DNA of 64,000 bases from an uncultured Rhodospirillaceae bacterium (GCA_964590195.1 CAZPWJ010000015.1:4494-68493); one strand, 5' to 3'; counted from the stretch's first letter, positions 9,141 to 20,356 are shown. The notes: a model not told the origin generated them from the sequence alone. Program-made: numbers and translations.

Positions 9141-10241
9141 ATGCCGGCGAAGAAGACGGAAAAGGGCGCATTGCGGCGCGGCTGGACCACGGGCGCCTGC
9201 GCCACGGCGGCGGCCAAGGCGGCCTATGGCGCGCTTTTGCATGGCGAATTTCCCGACCCCGTGGAAATTACCCTGCCAGGCGGCCGCACGGTCGCCTTTT
9301 GCCTTTGTCGCGAGGAGCTTGGCACGGATTACGCCCTGGCGGCGGTGGAAAAAGACGCCGGCGATGATCCCGATGTCACCCATGGCGCCTTGATCCATGC
9401 CCGCGTGCGCCGCCGCCACGATGATGGTGCCGGCATCTGTTTTCTCGCGGGCGATGGCGTCGGCACGGTGAGCAAGCCGGGCCTGCCCATCGCTGTCGGG
9501 CAGGCGGCAATCAACCCGGTACCTCGCGCCATGATCACCGGCGCCTTGACCGGCCTGGCGGAAACTGCCGGCAAAACAGCTGATCTGGACGTTGAAATCT
9601 CGGTGCCCGGTGGCGAAGACATGGCGGCGCGGACCATGAACCCACGCCTGGGCATTTTGGGCGGCATATCCATACTGGGCACCACGGGTATCGTTATCCC
9701 CTATTCCTGCGCCGCCTGGATCGCCTCCATTCACCAGGGCATCGATGTGGCCCGCGCCGCCGGTCTGCGCCATCTGGGCGCCGCGACCGGGCGTACATCG
9801 GAGGCGGCCTTGCAGGAACATTATGGCTTCGATGACGGCGCATTGATCGACATGGGCGATTTCGCCGGCGGCATGTTGAAATATCTGCGCAATCATCCTG
9901 TCGAACGCTTGTCCCTGGCGGGCGGTTTCGCGAAAATATCGAAGCTGGCGGCGGGTCATATGGATCTGCATTCCAAACGTTCCCAGGTGGACTTTCAATG
10001 GTTGGCGACGGTCGCGGATGAGGCGCCCGAAGTCGCGGGCGCCAAGATCGCAGCCTTGTGCCGGACGGCCAATACGGCGGCCGAGGTTCTGGACGCGGCG
10101 CAAGCGCAAGGCTTTCCCCTGGCGGACAAGGTTGCCGCGCTGGCCCGGGATCAGGCATTGCGGATCTGCCGGGGTGCCGTGGCGGTTGAAGTTTTGATAT
10201 ACGACAGGGCGGGCGAATTGGTTGGTGGAAGCGATGGCTAA
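9141..10241 (+). CDS. cbiD: cobalt-precorrin-5B C1-methyltransferase CbiD
   Basis: LRRGWTTGACATAAAKAA signature of CbiD. The ORF track starts at 9096, but the ATG at 9141 fits family N-termini better. Confidence 0.85.
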   Translation: MPAKKTEKGALRRGWTTGACATAAAKAAYGALLHGEFPDPVEITLPGGRTVAFCLCREELGTDYALAAVEKDAGDDPDVTHGALIHARVRRRHDDGAGICFLAGDGVGTVSKPGLPIAVGQAAINPVPRAMITGALTGLAETAGKTADLDVEISVPGGEDMAARTMNPRLGILGGISILGTTGIVIPYSCAAWIASIHQGIDVARAAGLRHLGAATGRTSEAALQEHYGFDDGALIDMGDFAGGMLKYLRNHPVERLSLAGGFAKISKLAAGHMDLHSKRSQVDFQWLATVADEAPEVAGAKIAALCRTANTAAEVLDAAQAQGFPLADKVAALARDQALRICRGAVAVEVLIYDRAGELVGGSDG

Positions 10242-10980
10242 GGGCAAACTGCTAATACTTGGCGGCACCGCGTTGGCGGTGGCGCTGGCCGAGGCTGTCG
10301 CGGAGCTGGGGCTGCCGGCGGTCTATTCCCTGGCTGGCCGCACGGTAGCGGCGCCGCTGCCGGGCATGGAGATGCGCGGCACCGGTTTCGGCGGCGCGGC
10401 GGCTTTGACGGACTATCTGACAGCGGAAAATATCCTGGCCGTGATCGACGCCACCCATGCCTATGCCGGGCAAATATCGGCCAACGCGGAAGCGGCCTGC
10501 CAAAACGCGGGCCTGCCATTGCTGCGCCTGGAAAATCCGCCGTGGCAAAAGACCGCCAGTGACCAGTGGATAGATGTGCCCGACATCGGCGCGGCCCGTG
10601 ATGCCGCCGCCGATATCGCCGCACGGGTTTTCGTCTCCACGGGCCGGCAGGGCATGGCGGAATTCGCCGACGATGGGCGCTGCTGGTGGCTGGCCCGGGT
10701 CATCGCGCCGGGCGATGATCTGCCGGCGCTGGCCAATGGCCGCTATCTCTTCGCCCGCGGTCCCTTCGCGGTGGCCGACGAACTGAACTTGTTGAGCATC
10801 CATGAAATTGGGGCGGTGATATCGAAGAATGCCGGCGGCACGGCGAGCCATGCAAAAATCGTGGCGGCGCGGCAACGGAAGCTACCGGTCATCATGATCC
10901 AGCGGCCCAAAGGCGGAACGGCAGTGTGCGTCGACAGCATCGATGCCGCCATGGCCTGGCTGCAAATCTGTCTGGTTTAG
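10234..10980 (+). CDS. cobK: precorrin-6A/cobalt-precorrin-6A reductase
   Basis: [17 protein letters not shown]-terminus typical of CobK/CbiJ. The ATG at 10234 has a GGTGGAAG RBS and overlaps the cbiD stop. Confidence 0.85.
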   Translation: MAKGKLLILGGTALAVALAEAVAELGLPAVYSLAGRTVAAPLPGMEMRGTGFGGAAALTDYLTAENILAVIDATHAYAGQISANAEAACQNAGLPLLRLENPPWQKTASDQWIDVPDIGAARDAAADIAARVFVSTGRQGMAEFADDGRCWWLARVIAPGDDLPALANGRYLFARGPFAVADELNLLSIHEIGAVISKNAGGTASHAKIVAARQRKLPVIMIQRPKGGTAVCVDSIDAAMAWLQICLV

Positions 10981-11735
10981 CCTTCCGGCCGAAGGATATG
11001 GCGATGGTCGGCAGCATATAGGCGGCTATCGGTGGCTTCGTCCGTGTCCAAAACCCTTCCAACTAGGACCAATGCAGTACGGGTCAGCTTGGCGGCGCGG
11101 GTCTTTTCGCGAATATCGGCCAGGGTGCCGCGAATGATCTCCTGATCGGGCCAGCTGGCGCGGTAAACCAGGGCCACGGGGCAGTCTTCGCCATAGTGAG
11201 GAATCAGATCGCGGCAAACTTGCCGCAGGTTTCGGGCCGAGAGATGAATAGCCAGAGTGGCACCGGAGCGACCAAGGCTGGCCAGTTCCTCGCCCGCCGG
11301 CATGGCGGAGCTTTTCATCGCCGTGCGGGTCAGAATGATGGTCTGGCTGATATCCGGCAGGGTCAGCTCCAGTCCCAGGGCCGCCGCCGAGGCGGCGAAG
11401 GCCGGCACGCCCGGCGTAATGGTGTAATCAATGTCCAAAGCCTTCAGGCGCTTGATCTGCTCGCCGATGGCGCCATACAGCGACGGGTCGCCTGAATGCA
11501 CGCGGGCGACGTCCCGGCCTTGTTCATGCGCGGTCTTAATCTCCGCCATGATCTCGTCGAGATTCAGGGGCGCGGTATCGATTACCCTGGCATCGCTGGG
11601 CGCGAAGGCGACGACTTCGGCTGGCACCAGCGATCCGGCATAGAGGCAAACCGGGCAGGCGGCGATCAGATCGCGGCCGCGCAGGGTGATCAGGTCCGGT
11701 GCGCCGGGCCCCGCACCAATGAAATGCACGGTCAT
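10977..11735 (-). CDS. cobM: precorrin-4 C11-methyltransferase
   Basis: 252 aa tetrapyrrole methylase ([18 protein letters not shown]) with the length and pattern of CobM/CbiF. Confidence 0.9.
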   Translation of the reverse strand: MTVHFIGAGPGAPDLITLRGRDLIAACPVCLYAGSLVPAEVVAFAPSDARVIDTAPLNLDEIMAEIKTAHEQGRDVARVHSGDPSLYGAIGEQIKRLKALDIDYTITPGVPAFAASAAALGLELTLPDISQTIILTRTAMKSSAMPAGEELASLGRSGATLAIHLSARNLRQVCRDLIPHYGEDCPVALVYRASWPDQEIIRGTLADIREKTRAAKLTRTALVLVGRVLDTDEATDSRLYAADHRHILRPEG

Positions 11736-11737
11736 TT

Positions 11738-13546
11738 TTAGTTTTCCTTCGCGATAGGGGTTTTTTTGACGGCATAGCCGCGCGGGGTATAGACCGACCA
11801 GCTGCCATCGCCGCGCAGCCGCGCCCGAGTCTCGGACGAGCCGATCATCACCAGGGTCAGCATATCCACGTCGTCCACTTGCAGATCGACCAGGGGCAGC
11901 GCGGTAACCTGCTCCTCTGCCCGGCCCAGATTGCGGGCCAGGATTACCGGGGTGTCCTCGGGCCGATGGCGCAGCAACAGATCCCGCGCCAGCACCAGCA
12001 GGTCGCGGCGCCGCTTGCTGACCGGATTATAAAAGGCGATGACGAAATCAGCCGACGCGGCGGCCACGATGCGGCGCAGGATAACTTCGCGAGGGGTCAA
12101 AAGATCCGACAACGAGATGGCGCAGAAATCATGTCCCAGGGGTGCGCCCGCCCGCAAGGCAGCGGCCTGCATGGCCGAGATTCCAGGCAGCAGCTCCAGC
12201 GAGATACGGTCCCAGTGCCCTGGCGTATCGTCGCGGTCCAGCAGTTCATGGGCCAGGGCGCCCATGGCGAAGACTCCCGCATCGCCCGACGAGACCAGCG
12301 CCACATTGCGGCCCGACGCCGCCAGATCGATGGCGGCGGCCACCCGTGCCTCTTCCTCGCCCAGCTGGTAAGCGCGGCAATCCTTGTCCACGATCAGATC
12401 GGCGATCAGGTCAAGATACAGGCCATAGCCGACGATGATATCCGCCTGCCGCAAGGCCGCCTCCGCCGCGCCGGTACGCCAATCAGCCCGGCCCGGCCCG
12501 ATACCGACGATGGCTAGATGGCCCCGCGCCGCGCCCAGCATTGCCGGATCAAAGATGTCATCGGCCCGCGCAATGGCACAGGTGGCGCGCTGGCTTTTAC
12601 GTTTTTCCACCACCAGTTCACCGCCCCCAGGCTCAACCGCTGCCAAGGCCGCCGCCTCGGCCACGCCGCTGACGCCAACCTCACGCTTCACCACCTCGGA
12701 GGGATTGGCAAGATTGCCTTCCTGGGCCTGAAGAGACTTCAGGTCAAAGAACCGTGCCGGGATATCGAAATGCGCGGCGGCGGCATGAATGGCCGCCTCG
12801 TCGGTCTTCAGATCCAGTGAAAAAATAGCGGCCAGGGATTGGGCGGGAAGGTTTTCCGCTGCCAAGGTTTCGCTGATCAGGCCGATCAATTCCTCCCGCT
12901 CCACGTCCCGTTCGCAACCGATGCCAAGGGCCAAGTTCTGTCGATGATAGACCAGGTGCCTCTCGTCGCCCGCCAAAGGCACATCCGAAATAATTATGCG
13001 CAAGGCGCCGTCTTCGGCTTGCGGCAGGGCACTGGCGCGCAGCCAGGCCGCCTCGCCCTCGATCGTTACCGCCGCGCCGGCGCGCAATTCGGCGACAAAG
13101 GCCTTCATGTCCCCTGGATTGGCCAGACGCCAGCCTTGCGGCGGCTCGTCCAGGGCAACGGCGAAGGCGGTATCGCTGGCGGTGGTGATGGCGGGTGCGG
13201 TGTTAAGAATTTCGCCCAGGCGCCGGGCCAGATCGTTGCCGCCATGATGGCCGCCCAATAGAGGCACGATGGCACTGCCGTCCTCGGCCACGGCCAGCAC
13301 CGGGGCATCGCCCTGCTTGCTGCCCAGGCTTGGCGCCAGATGGCGGATCACGATGCCGGCGGCGCAGAGGGCAACCAGCGGCTCGCCACTGGCAAAGCAA
13401 TCCCGCAAAGCGGCCGCCACATCATCGAATGGCCGCGCGTCAGCCGCCTGCACGCGCTTGTCATAGCCGTGGATAACGCCGCCCAGTTCGGCCTGTAAAC
13501 GCCGCGCCGTTGCCAGGCCGGTTTCGGCCAAAACCAGATAATTCAT
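11738..13546 (-). CDS. cbiGH: bifunctional CbiG (cobalt-precorrin-5A hydrolase) / CbiH-CobJ (precorrin-3B C17-methyltransferase) fusion
   Basis: 602 aa. Residues 1..~330 are CbiG-like ([30 protein letters not shown]). Residues ~345..602 are a tetrapyrrole methylase ([18 protein letters not shown]... [14 protein letters not shown]) as in CobJ/CbiH. Confidence 0.85.
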   Translation of the reverse strand: MNYLVLAETGLATARRLQAELGGVIHGYDKRVQAADARPFDDVAAALRDCFASGEPLVALCAAGIVIRHLAPSLGSKQGDAPVLAVAEDGSAIVPLLGGHHGGNDLARRLGEILNTAPAITTASDTAFAVALDEPPQGWRLANPGDMKAFVAELRAGAAVTIEGEAAWLRASALPQAEDGALRIIISDVPLAGDERHLVYHRQNLALGIGCERDVEREELIGLISETLAAENLPAQSLAAIFSLDLKTDEAAIHAAAAHFDIPARFFDLKSLQAQEGNLANPSEVVKREVGVSGVAEAAALAAVEPGGGELVVEKRKSQRATCAIARADDIFDPAMLGAARGHLAIVGIGPGRADWRTGAAEAALRQADIIVGYGLYLDLIADLIVDKDCRAYQLGEEEARVAAAIDLAASGRNVALVSSGDAGVFAMGALAHELLDRDDTPGHWDRISLELLPGISAMQAAALRAGAPLGHDFCAISLSDLLTPREVILRRIVAAASADFVIAFYNPVSKRRRDLLVLARDLLLRHRPEDTPVILARNLGRAEEQVTALPLVDLQVDDVDMLTLVMIGSSETRARLRGDGSWSVYTPRGYAVKKTPIAKEN

Positions 13547-14259
13547 AGGCCTACTCCAGACTTGCGCACCAGGATCATGGCAAAATAGGGAACCTCTTCC
13601 GGATTGATCTCGGAAAGCGCCATCACTTGCTGGTCCGGCATGCTGGCATGCGCCACATAATGGGCCCGGTCCAGCAGATTCAAATCCCGCAGCACATCGA
13701 AAACCTTCGGCGCATGGCGGCCCAGCTTGATGATCGCCGCCGCGTCCGTGCGCAAAAGCCGCTCGCGCAGTTCGTCTTTCGCCATCGGCGCGGGCAAGAT
13801 ACTCAGGACTTCATTGCGCGCCGCCAATGGTGTCAGCGAGGCACCGGCACAGGCCATCAGGGACGAAATGCCGGGCACCACCTGGACCGGAAATTCATCG
13901 GTCAAACGATTGAATAGATACATAAAGCTGCCATAGAAAAACGGATCGCCTTCGCACAATACGGCGACGTCCTCGCCGCCGCGCAGCACGGCGGCGATTT
14001 CCGCCGCGCCCCTGTCATAGGCACCACGGTCGGGAAAACGTTTTGGATCAAGCGGCATGCGGATGATGATCTCGCGGCGGCCTTCGGGCAGATGCGGCGC
14101 GGCGATCTGGCGGGCCAGGCTGTCGCCGACCTCAGGCGCCGGATAGGCCAGCACCGGCGCGGTCTGCAGTATCTTGTGCGCCTTCAGGGTTATCAGGTCC
14201 GGGTCGCCGGGTCCGACGCCGATGCCGTACAATGTACCGCTCGTGACTGTGCCGCTCAT
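13543..14259 (-). CDS. cobI: precorrin-2 C20-methyltransferase
   Basis: 238 aa tetrapyrrole methylase (LYGIGVGPGDPDLITLKA) of CobI/CbiL type. It overlaps its neighbours by 4 bp. Confidence 0.9.
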   Translation of the reverse strand: MSGTVTSGTLYGIGVGPGDPDLITLKAHKILQTAPVLAYPAPEVGDSLARQIAAPHLPEGRREIIIRMPLDPKRFPDRGAYDRGAAEIAAVLRGGEDVAVLCEGDPFFYGSFMYLFNRLTDEFPVQVVPGISSLMACAGASLTPLAARNEVLSILPAPMAKDELRERLLRTDAAAIIKLGRHAPKVFDVLRDLNLLDRAHYVAHASMPDQQVMALSEINPEEVPYFAMILVRKSGVGL

Positions 14260-15458
14260 GATTTCACGCCGCGATACTGCGTCACCGGGCGCATGGCGCG
14301 CCAGGCATGCAGATCGCCCATGGCATCCAGGTGGGAGACCTCAATCCGCGTCATCCCGCCGCCTCTAACTCGCATAAACTCGAACAGTTCGGTCTCTCCT
14401 TCGATGGTCACCGCATTGGCGATCAGACGTCCGCCCTTGGACAGGGCGCGCCAACAGGCACTCAATATCTTGCGGTCGCCGACCCCGCCGCCGATGAAAA
14501 TGACATCCGGCCTGGCCAGGCCCTTCAGGGCGGCGGGGGCCGCGCCCTCGACAATGCGTAAATTCTGGACACCCAGGCCGTCGCCATTGGCGCGGATATT
14601 GCCAGCGCGCCTTGGGTTTTGCTCTATAGCGATGGCCTTGGCCGTGGGCTCGGCACGCAGAAATTCAATGGCAATGGAGCCCGCGCCGGCGCCAACATCC
14701 CACAGCAACTCACCAGGCGCGGGCGCCAAGGCGGCCAGGGTAACGGCGCGCACATCGCGCTTGGTCAGTTGGCCGTCATTTTGAAACAGCTCATCAGGCA
14801 AGCCGGCGGGCCGCATCAGGCGTGGCGCCTCGGGCTCGGCAACACAATCAACCGCGATGGTATTCAGATCGGCGGTCTTGCGCCGCCAGGTCTTGGCGTT
14901 ACCGTCGTGGCGCTTCTCCCGTGGCCCGCCCATGTTTTCGAACACGCTGATGGCGCTGTGGCCGTAGCCCGCCGCCCGCAGCGCCGCCGCGACATGCTTT
15001 GGCGTGTTGCCATCCTCGCTCAAAATCAAAATCCGCGCATTGGGCCGCAGGTGCTGGTTCAACCGGCCCAGAGGGCGACCGTGCAGGGTCATGCAATCGA
15101 CCTCCGCTAGGGGCCAGCCAAGCCGGGCACAGGCCAGGGAAAAGGCTGATTGATGCGGCATCACCAGGCAGTTCTCGATACCGAATTCTCGGCCCAAGGT
15201 GGCGCCGACGCCATAGAACATGGGATCGCCGGTGGCCAGCACGCAGAGCTGCTTGCCTTTCAGCTTACGGATCTTCGCCAAGGTGTCATGCAACGGGCTG
15301 TCCCATAACAGGCGCGGACGGGGGTCATCACCCAGCATTGCCAGATGCCGCTCGCCGCCGACCATGATTTCGGCCCGGTCGACAATAGCGCGGGCGGCTT
15401 CGCCAAGGCCGGCCAGACCGTCTTCACCGATGCCCACGATGGAGAGCCATTTCTTCAT
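14256..15458 (-). CDS. cobL: precorrin-6Y C5,15-methyltransferase (decarboxylating), CbiE/CbiT fusion
   Basis: 400 aa with an N-terminal CbiE methylase fold and a C-terminal CbiT SAM-MTase domain (LWDVGAGAGSIAIE). Confidence 0.9.
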   Translation of the reverse strand: MKKWLSIVGIGEDGLAGLGEAARAIVDRAEIMVGGERHLAMLGDDPRPRLLWDSPLHDTLAKIRKLKGKQLCVLATGDPMFYGVGATLGREFGIENCLVMPHQSAFSLACARLGWPLAEVDCMTLHGRPLGRLNQHLRPNARILILSEDGNTPKHVAAALRAAGYGHSAISVFENMGGPREKRHDGNAKTWRRKTADLNTIAVDCVAEPEAPRLMRPAGLPDELFQNDGQLTKRDVRAVTLAALAPAPGELLWDVGAGAGSIAIEFLRAEPTAKAIAIEQNPRRAGNIRANGDGLGVQNLRIVEGAAPAALKGLARPDVIFIGGGVGDRKILSACWRALSKGGRLIANAVTIEGETELFEFMRVRGGGMTRIEVSHLDAMGDLHAWRAMRPVTQYRGVKS

Positions 15459-16108
15459 GCCGGATCCCTTGCCGGCATGCGGGCCAATGCGTTGACGGCG
15501 GCGGCGGCGATGGCGCTGCCGCCCCGGCGTCCGCGCAGGGTCAGATAGGGGATATCGCCGGCGCCATCAATCAGGGCCTGTTTCGATTCCGCCGCGCCGA
15601 CAAAGCCAACGGGAAAGCCCAATATGACCGCGGGCTTTGGCGCGCCGTCCGCCAGCATCTCCAACAATCGGAACAACGCGGTCGGGGCATTGCCGATGCA
15701 AACCACCGCGCCCGCCATATCCTCGCGCCATTTCTCCACCGCGACCGCGGAACGGGTATCGCCGCGCGCCTTGGCGGTTTTCTCGACGCCAAAGGTATTC
15801 AGGGTACAGATGATCTGGTTACCCGCCGGCAAGATCCGGTCGATAATGCCGTGACGCACCATCATGACATCCACCAGGATCGGCGCGCCCCGGCGCAGTG
15901 CCGCGCGTCCCAGGCCCACGGGATCGCCGCCCCAGGCCAGGTCGGCGGGAAGGTCGGTCATGCCGCAGGCGTGGATCAGGCGTACGGCGACATCGTGCAG
16001 GCATTCGGGCAGGGGAGAGAAATCCGCCTCATCCCGCACGATGGCGAATGACTTGTCGTAGATCGCCTGGGGGTCGCGCAGATAATCGTATGTGGCGCCG
16101 TCGCCCAT
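15455..16108 (-). CDS. cobH: precorrin-8X methylmutase
   Basis: 217 aa with the CobH/CbiC family pattern (IHACGMTD... VCIGNAPTALF). Confidence 0.9.
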   Translation of the reverse strand: MGDGATYDYLRDPQAIYDKSFAIVRDEADFSPLPECLHDVAVRLIHACGMTDLPADLAWGGDPVGLGRAALRRGAPILVDVMMVRHGIIDRILPAGNQIICTLNTFGVEKTAKARGDTRSAVAVEKWREDMAGAVVCIGNAPTALFRLLEMLADGAPKPAVILGFPVGFVGAAESKQALIDGAGDIPYLTLRGRRGGSAIAAAAVNALARMPARDPA

Positions 16109-16115
16109 ATCCGCC

Positions 16116-17195
16116 CTATTTTTTCAACATACTGCGCGGACCCAGGGGATGGTCCGCGTGCGGATAGGGATGATGGGCGTGATCGTGCCCGTCGCCGTCG
16201 TCATGCGCGTGATCGTGGCCGTGATCATGCGCGTGATCGTGCCCGTGTTCCTGACCGTGCTCATGCTCATGACCCTGATGCACATGCGCCGTGGGATCGA
16301 AATCCTCGTCCGAGATCTTGCCCGTGCCGATGCCTTCCACGTGATGGTGATGGCTTTCCTGGGGCAGGCCGATCTCCGCCTCGAAGCCCAGGACCTGTTC
16401 CCGGTATTTGCAATTCAGGCAGTTCATGTTGTTGGCGCCTTCCAGGGCCTCGTTGACCCGGTCGGCGAAGGCATCCAGCACCAGGGGGTGGTCATTCAGA
16501 TACGAGGCCCTGACGAATTCGATCTCGGGATGATCGGCCGCGACCACGTCGGCATAGTGGTAAATGCGCCGAACCAGAATGCCGGTAAAGAGAAAATAGG
16601 GAAAAACGATGATCCGCTTATAGCCCAGCTTGGCCGCGTGCCGCAGGCCCGGCTCCACCAAGGGGAAGGTGACGCCGGAATAGGCCACCTCGGCCCAGCC
16701 AAAGCCAAGGCCTTCCCACAACAGGCGGCAAACTTTCGAGATATTGGAATTGGCATCCGGGTCGGAGGCGCCCCGGCCCACCACCACCAGCAGGGTTTCC
16801 TCCGGGCTGATGTGATCGCCGGCTTCCGCCATGGCTTCGCGCACCCGGTCGCCGGCGGCGCGGATCAGCTTCATATCCATGCCCAGATCCCGGCCATAGG
16901 TAATGTCCAGCTCCGGATGCTGGGCGCCATAGGTGTTGATCACGGACGGCAGGTCGTTCTTCACATGGCCGGCGGCGAACAGCATGCCGGGAATGGCGAT
17001 AATGCGTTTGTTGCCCCGCTCGCGCAGGGCGTCCAGGCGCTCGCGGATGATCGGCGTGGCGAATTCCAGAAAGCCGCTGTCCACGTCATATTGGGGCAGG
17101 CGGGCCTTGATGCCGTCGGCGACGCTTTGAAATTCAGTAACGGCGTCCACATCTCGGCTGCCGTGACCACAAACCATAATACCAATGTTCGTCAT
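16116..17195 (-). CDS. cbiX: sirohydrochlorin cobaltochelatase, long form (CbiX-L) with Fe-S motif and His-rich tail
   Basis: Two CbiX half-domains (IGIMVCGHGSRD / LLVVVGRGASDP), an MNCLNCKY (MxCxxC) motif, and a C-terminal roughly 75-aa His/Asp/Glu-rich tail (HHHH...HEHEHGQEHGHDHAHDHGHDHAHDDGDGHDHAHH). The probable start is ATG 17195 (MTNIGIM...); the ORF-track start is 17252. Confidence 0.85.
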   Translation of the reverse strand: MTNIGIMVCGHGSRDVDAVTEFQSVADGIKARLPQYDVDSGFLEFATPIIRERLDALRERGNKRIIAIPGMLFAAGHVKNDLPSVINTYGAQHPELDITYGRDLGMDMKLIRAAGDRVREAMAEAGDHISPEETLLVVVGRGASDPDANSNISKVCRLLWEGLGFGWAEVAYSGVTFPLVEPGLRHAAKLGYKRIIVFPYFLFTGILVRRIYHYADVVAADHPEIEFVRASYLNDHPLVLDAFADRVNEALEGANNMNCLNCKYREQVLGFEAEIGLPQESHHHHVEGIGTGKISDEDFDPTAHVHQGHEHEHGQEHGHDHAHDHGHDHAHDDGDGHDHAHHPYPHADHPLGPRSMLKK

Positions 17196-17287
17196 GATTG
17201 CCTCATCCACTTCCGGTACGCCACGCTTGCTCTCTGTCGGGTAATGCGGCAAACCTGCTGGCTTCGCGGCTTAGCACAGCGGTAAGC

Positions 17288-18241
17288 ATGATTGAATTCG
17301 TTTTTCCCATTCAGGCGGTATTTCTCGCCCTGGCGCTGGATCTGTTGTTCGGGGAGCCGAAATGGCTTTACGCACGCATAACACATCCCATCGTCTGGAT
17401 TGGAAATCTGATTACGGCGCTGGAAGCGCGCCTGTACCAACCCCAGGGCCAGATTTTTGCTGGTACGGCGTTGGTCGTGGTTGCCGTTCCGACCTGCGCC
17501 CTGGCCGGCGCGGCTATTGCCTGGCTGAGCGCACAGACAGCTTACGGCTGGATTGTAACCGGCATCGTTGGCTCGATCTTCCTCGCTGCCCGCAGCCTGC
17601 ATGACCATGTCGCCGCCGTGGCGCAGAGTTTGTCTCATGACCTGGAGGCGGGGCGCGGCGCGGTCAGCCACATCGTTGGCCGCGATCCCGCGCAACTGGA
17701 TGAAGCCGGCGTCGCCCGGGCGGCACTGGAATCCCTGGCCGAAAATTTTTCCGACGGTGTCGTTTCGCCCCTGTTCTGGTTCCTCGTCGCCGGCCTGCCC
17801 GGCCTGTTGGCCTACAAGGCGGTCAATACCCTGGACAGCATGGTCGGTTACCGTAACGAACGTTATTTGCGTTTTGGCCGTGTCGCGGCCCGCCTGGATG
17901 ATCTGGTCAACTGGCCCGGTGCCCGGATCACCGGTTTGCTGCTGTGTCTTGGTGCGTGGTTGATGCCGGGCGTCCGCGCGGGTGGGGCTTGGCACATCAT
18001 GTGGCGCGACCATGGCAAACATGCCTCGCCCAACGCCGGCTGGCCAGAGGCCGCCATGGCCGGCGCTCTGGACGTCGCCCTGGCCGGGCCGCGCGTCTAT
18101 GACGGTGCTGTCACCGATGGTCCCTGGCTGGGCGAAGGCGGCGGGCAGGCGACGGCGGACGACATCAGGCGCGGTTGCGCATTGTACAGCTGGACCTGCA
18201 GTTTGATCGTGCTGGCCCTGCTGACGGCAGCCATGGTGTGA
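17288..18241 (+). CDS. cobD: adenosylcobinamide-phosphate synthase
   Basis: Polytopic membrane protein of CobD/CbiB type starting MIEFVFPIQAV at ATG 17288 (the ORF-track start 17198 adds a non-conserved extension). Divergent from cbiX. Confidence 0.85.
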   Translation: MIEFVFPIQAVFLALALDLLFGEPKWLYARITHPIVWIGNLITALEARLYQPQGQIFAGTALVVVAVPTCALAGAAIAWLSAQTAYGWIVTGIVGSIFLAARSLHDHVAAVAQSLSHDLEAGRGAVSHIVGRDPAQLDEAGVARAALESLAENFSDGVVSPLFWFLVAGLPGLLAYKAVNTLDSMVGYRNERYLRFGRVAARLDDLVNWPGARITGLLLCLGAWLMPGVRAGGAWHIMWRDHGKHASPNAGWPEAAMAGALDVALAGPRVYDGAVTDGPWLGEGGGQATADDIRRGCALYSWTCSLIVLALLTAAMV

Positions 18242-18242
18242 A

Positions 18243-19727
18243 TCAGGCTGCATTGGCGATCTCCAGCATGCGGTCCAGGTCCAGGCTGGCTTCCAGATGC
18301 GCGGCTAGATCATCCAATGTCCTGTCCACCAGTGCGTCGTGATTGATGCCGCTGTGCCGTCGCGCCCGCAGCCTGGATAGATAGGCATGGCGAAAGCCGT
18401 CCGCGCGCATCAGGCCATGCAGATAACAGCCTTCAACCAGCCCGTCCGCGCTGCGGGCACCGTCCGCCTGGCCATCTGTCTCGATGAATGGCCGGGCCCG
18501 GTCCGGGCCGTCGCTATGGCCCAGATGAATTTCATAGCCCCGCAGGGCCTCGCCGCTTTCAATATGAACACCCCTGCGTTCGCCCAGGCTTTTTTCCAAG
18601 CCCAGCACGGTTTCAATATCCAACAGGCCAAGGCCATCCGCCTCCCGTACGCCGCCTTCGATGCCCTCCGGGTCGGCAACGGTCCTGCCCAGCATCTGAT
18701 AGCCGCCGCAGATCCCCAGGATGCGGCCGCCGCGCCGGTGATGGGATAGAATATCAATGTCCCAGCCCTGCCGGCGCAGAAAGGCCAGATCGGCGATGGT
18801 CGCCTTGCTGCCGGGCAGCAGGATCAGATCCGCATCCGCTGGAATGACTTCGCCCGGCGCGATAATCCGCACCTCCACGTCCGGTTCCGCGTTCAGGGGG
18901 TCCAGGTCATCGAAATTGGCGATGCGCGACAGCTTTGGTACCGCGATCAGAATGGCGCCATCATTTGGCGCGGCGGGTTTATCCAAGGCGACAGCGTCTT
19001 CCGCCGGCAGATGTACGGCGCTTGAAAAATACGGCGCGATACCAAGGGACGGCCAGCCCGTGCGTGCCGAGATTTCTTCCAGACCCGTATCGAACAGCGT
19101 GACATCGCCACGAAATTTATTGATGACATAGCCCTTGATGCGGTGCCGCGCGTCATCGCCGATGACCGCATGGGTGCCGACCAGGCTGGCGATGACGCCG
19201 CCCCGGTCAATATCCGCGACCAGAATTACTGGAACGCCGGCGGCGGCGGCGAAACCCATGTTGGCGATATCCCGGCCCGGCAGATTGATTTCCGCCGGAC
19301 TGCCCGCGCCTTCCACCAGGACCAGATCGGCGCCGGCTGCGTTGATTTGATAACTCTCCAGGACCTCGTCCAGCAAACCGGCTTTCTGGTGCTGATACTC
19401 CCGCGCCTTGGCGGCACCGCGCACCTGGCCGCGCACGATGATCTGAGCGCCGATATCGGTTTGCGGTTTCAACAGAACGGGGTTCATGTGCACGCTGGGC
19501 TCAACACGGGCGGCGACGGCCTGCAAATGCTGGGCCCGCCCGATCTCGCCGCCCCCGCCTTCGCCATCGCCCGCGATGGCCGCATTGTTGGACATGTTTT
19601 GCGGCTTGAACGGCCGTACGCTTAGACCCCGGTTGGCATAGGCGCGCGCCAGGCCGGCGACCATGAGCGATTTGCCCACGTCGGACCCGGTGCCTTGGAA
19701 CATGAGCGCTTTTGGGGCCTTTGCCAT
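18243..19727 (-). CDS. cobQ: cobyric acid synthase
   Basis: 494 aa with an N-terminal CobQ ATPase ([12 protein letters not shown]) and a C-terminal GATase domain. Confidence 0.9.
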   Translation of the reverse strand: MAKAPKALMFQGTGSDVGKSLMVAGLARAYANRGLSVRPFKPQNMSNNAAIAGDGEGGGGEIGRAQHLQAVAARVEPSVHMNPVLLKPQTDIGAQIIVRGQVRGAAKAREYQHQKAGLLDEVLESYQINAAGADLVLVEGAGSPAEINLPGRDIANMGFAAAAGVPVILVADIDRGGVIASLVGTHAVIGDDARHRIKGYVINKFRGDVTLFDTGLEEISARTGWPSLGIAPYFSSAVHLPAEDAVALDKPAAPNDGAILIAVPKLSRIANFDDLDPLNAEPDVEVRIIAPGEVIPADADLILLPGSKATIADLAFLRRQGWDIDILSHHRRGGRILGICGGYQMLGRTVADPEGIEGGVREADGLGLLDIETVLGLEKSLGERRGVHIESGEALRGYEIHLGHSDGPDRARPFIETDGQADGARSADGLVEGCYLHGLMRADGFRHAYLSRLRARRHSGINHDALVDRTLDDLAAHLEASLDLDRMLEIANAA

Positions 19728-19735
19728 TGCCGAAC

Positions 19736-20356
19736 CTAAAACTCGATGCCTTTCTGGGCCTTCACGCCGGAGCGGAATGGATGTTTCACCTGGGTCATTT
19801 CCGTCACCAGATCGGCGATCTCGATCAGCTCGTCCTTGGCATTGCGGCCCGTGACGATGACGTGCAGATCCTCGGGCTTGTTTGCCAGGGTCTCGATAAT
19901 TTCATCCAGAGGCAGGTTGTCGTAGCGCAGCACGATGTTCAATTCATCCAGCAGGATCATATCGAACGCCGGGTTCGGTCCCCGCGAGGCCTCGATCATT
20001 TCCTTGGATTTGTCCCAGGCCTTGCGCGCGGCGGCAATGTCGCGGGCCTTGTCCTGGGTTTCCCAGCTGAAGCCTTCGCCCATGGCGTGGATCTCGATCT
20101 GTTCGGGGAAGTGTTCCAGGATATCGCGCTCTCCGGTCTCCCACTTGCCCTTGACGAATTGGATCACGCCGACCCGCATGCCGTTGCCCATGGCCCGCGC
20201 CACCAGGCCAAAGGCAGCGGTGGATTTGCCCTTGCCCTTGCCGGTGTGGACGATCAGCAGGCCCTTTTCGATGGTTTTCGAGGCCAGCATTTTCTCGCGC
20301 GCGCGTTTCTTGTTGGCGGCCTTTTCGTTGGCGCGGGCGTATTGATCTTCAGTCAT
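19736..20356 (-). CDS. cobO: cob(I)yrinic acid a,c-diamide adenosyltransferase
   Basis: 206 aa with the P-loop [14 protein letters not shown] typical of CobO/BtuR. Confidence 0.9.
   Translation of the reverse strand: MTEDQYARANEKAANKKRAREKMLASKTIEKGLLIVHTGKGKGKSTAAFGLVARAMGNGMRVGVIQFVKGKWETGERDILEHFPEQIEIHAMGEGFSWETQDKARDIAAARKAWDKSKEMIEASRGPNPAFDMILLDELNIVLRYDNLPLDEIIETLANKPEDLHVIVTGRNAKDELIEIADLVTEMTQVKHPFRSGVKAQKGIEF

Noticed and set aside
16092-17285. 397-aa plus-strand ORF (VMRVIVAVIMRVIVPVFLTVLMLM...)
   Set aside because: Entirely antisense to cbiX. Its repetitive V/M/I-rich text is the reverse-complement reading of the His/Asp codon run in the CbiX tail. No independent start context.

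Other long predicted ORFs rejected as antisense to confidently assigned genes (no independent features or start context; sustained by the GC3-rich reading frames and long stop-free stretches typical of a high-GC genome):
- 8895..10268 (-) 457 aa, antisense to cbiD/cobB
- 19712..20542 (+) 276 aa, antisense to cobO
- 21694..23229 (+) 511 aa, antisense to cobN
- 23915..25078 (+) 387 aa, antisense to cobN/cobW
- 28111..29058 (+) 315 aa, antisense to dppD
- 31652..32737 (+) 361 aa, antisense to dppA
- 36778..37992 (+) 404 aa, antisense to the NtaA/DszA monooxygenase
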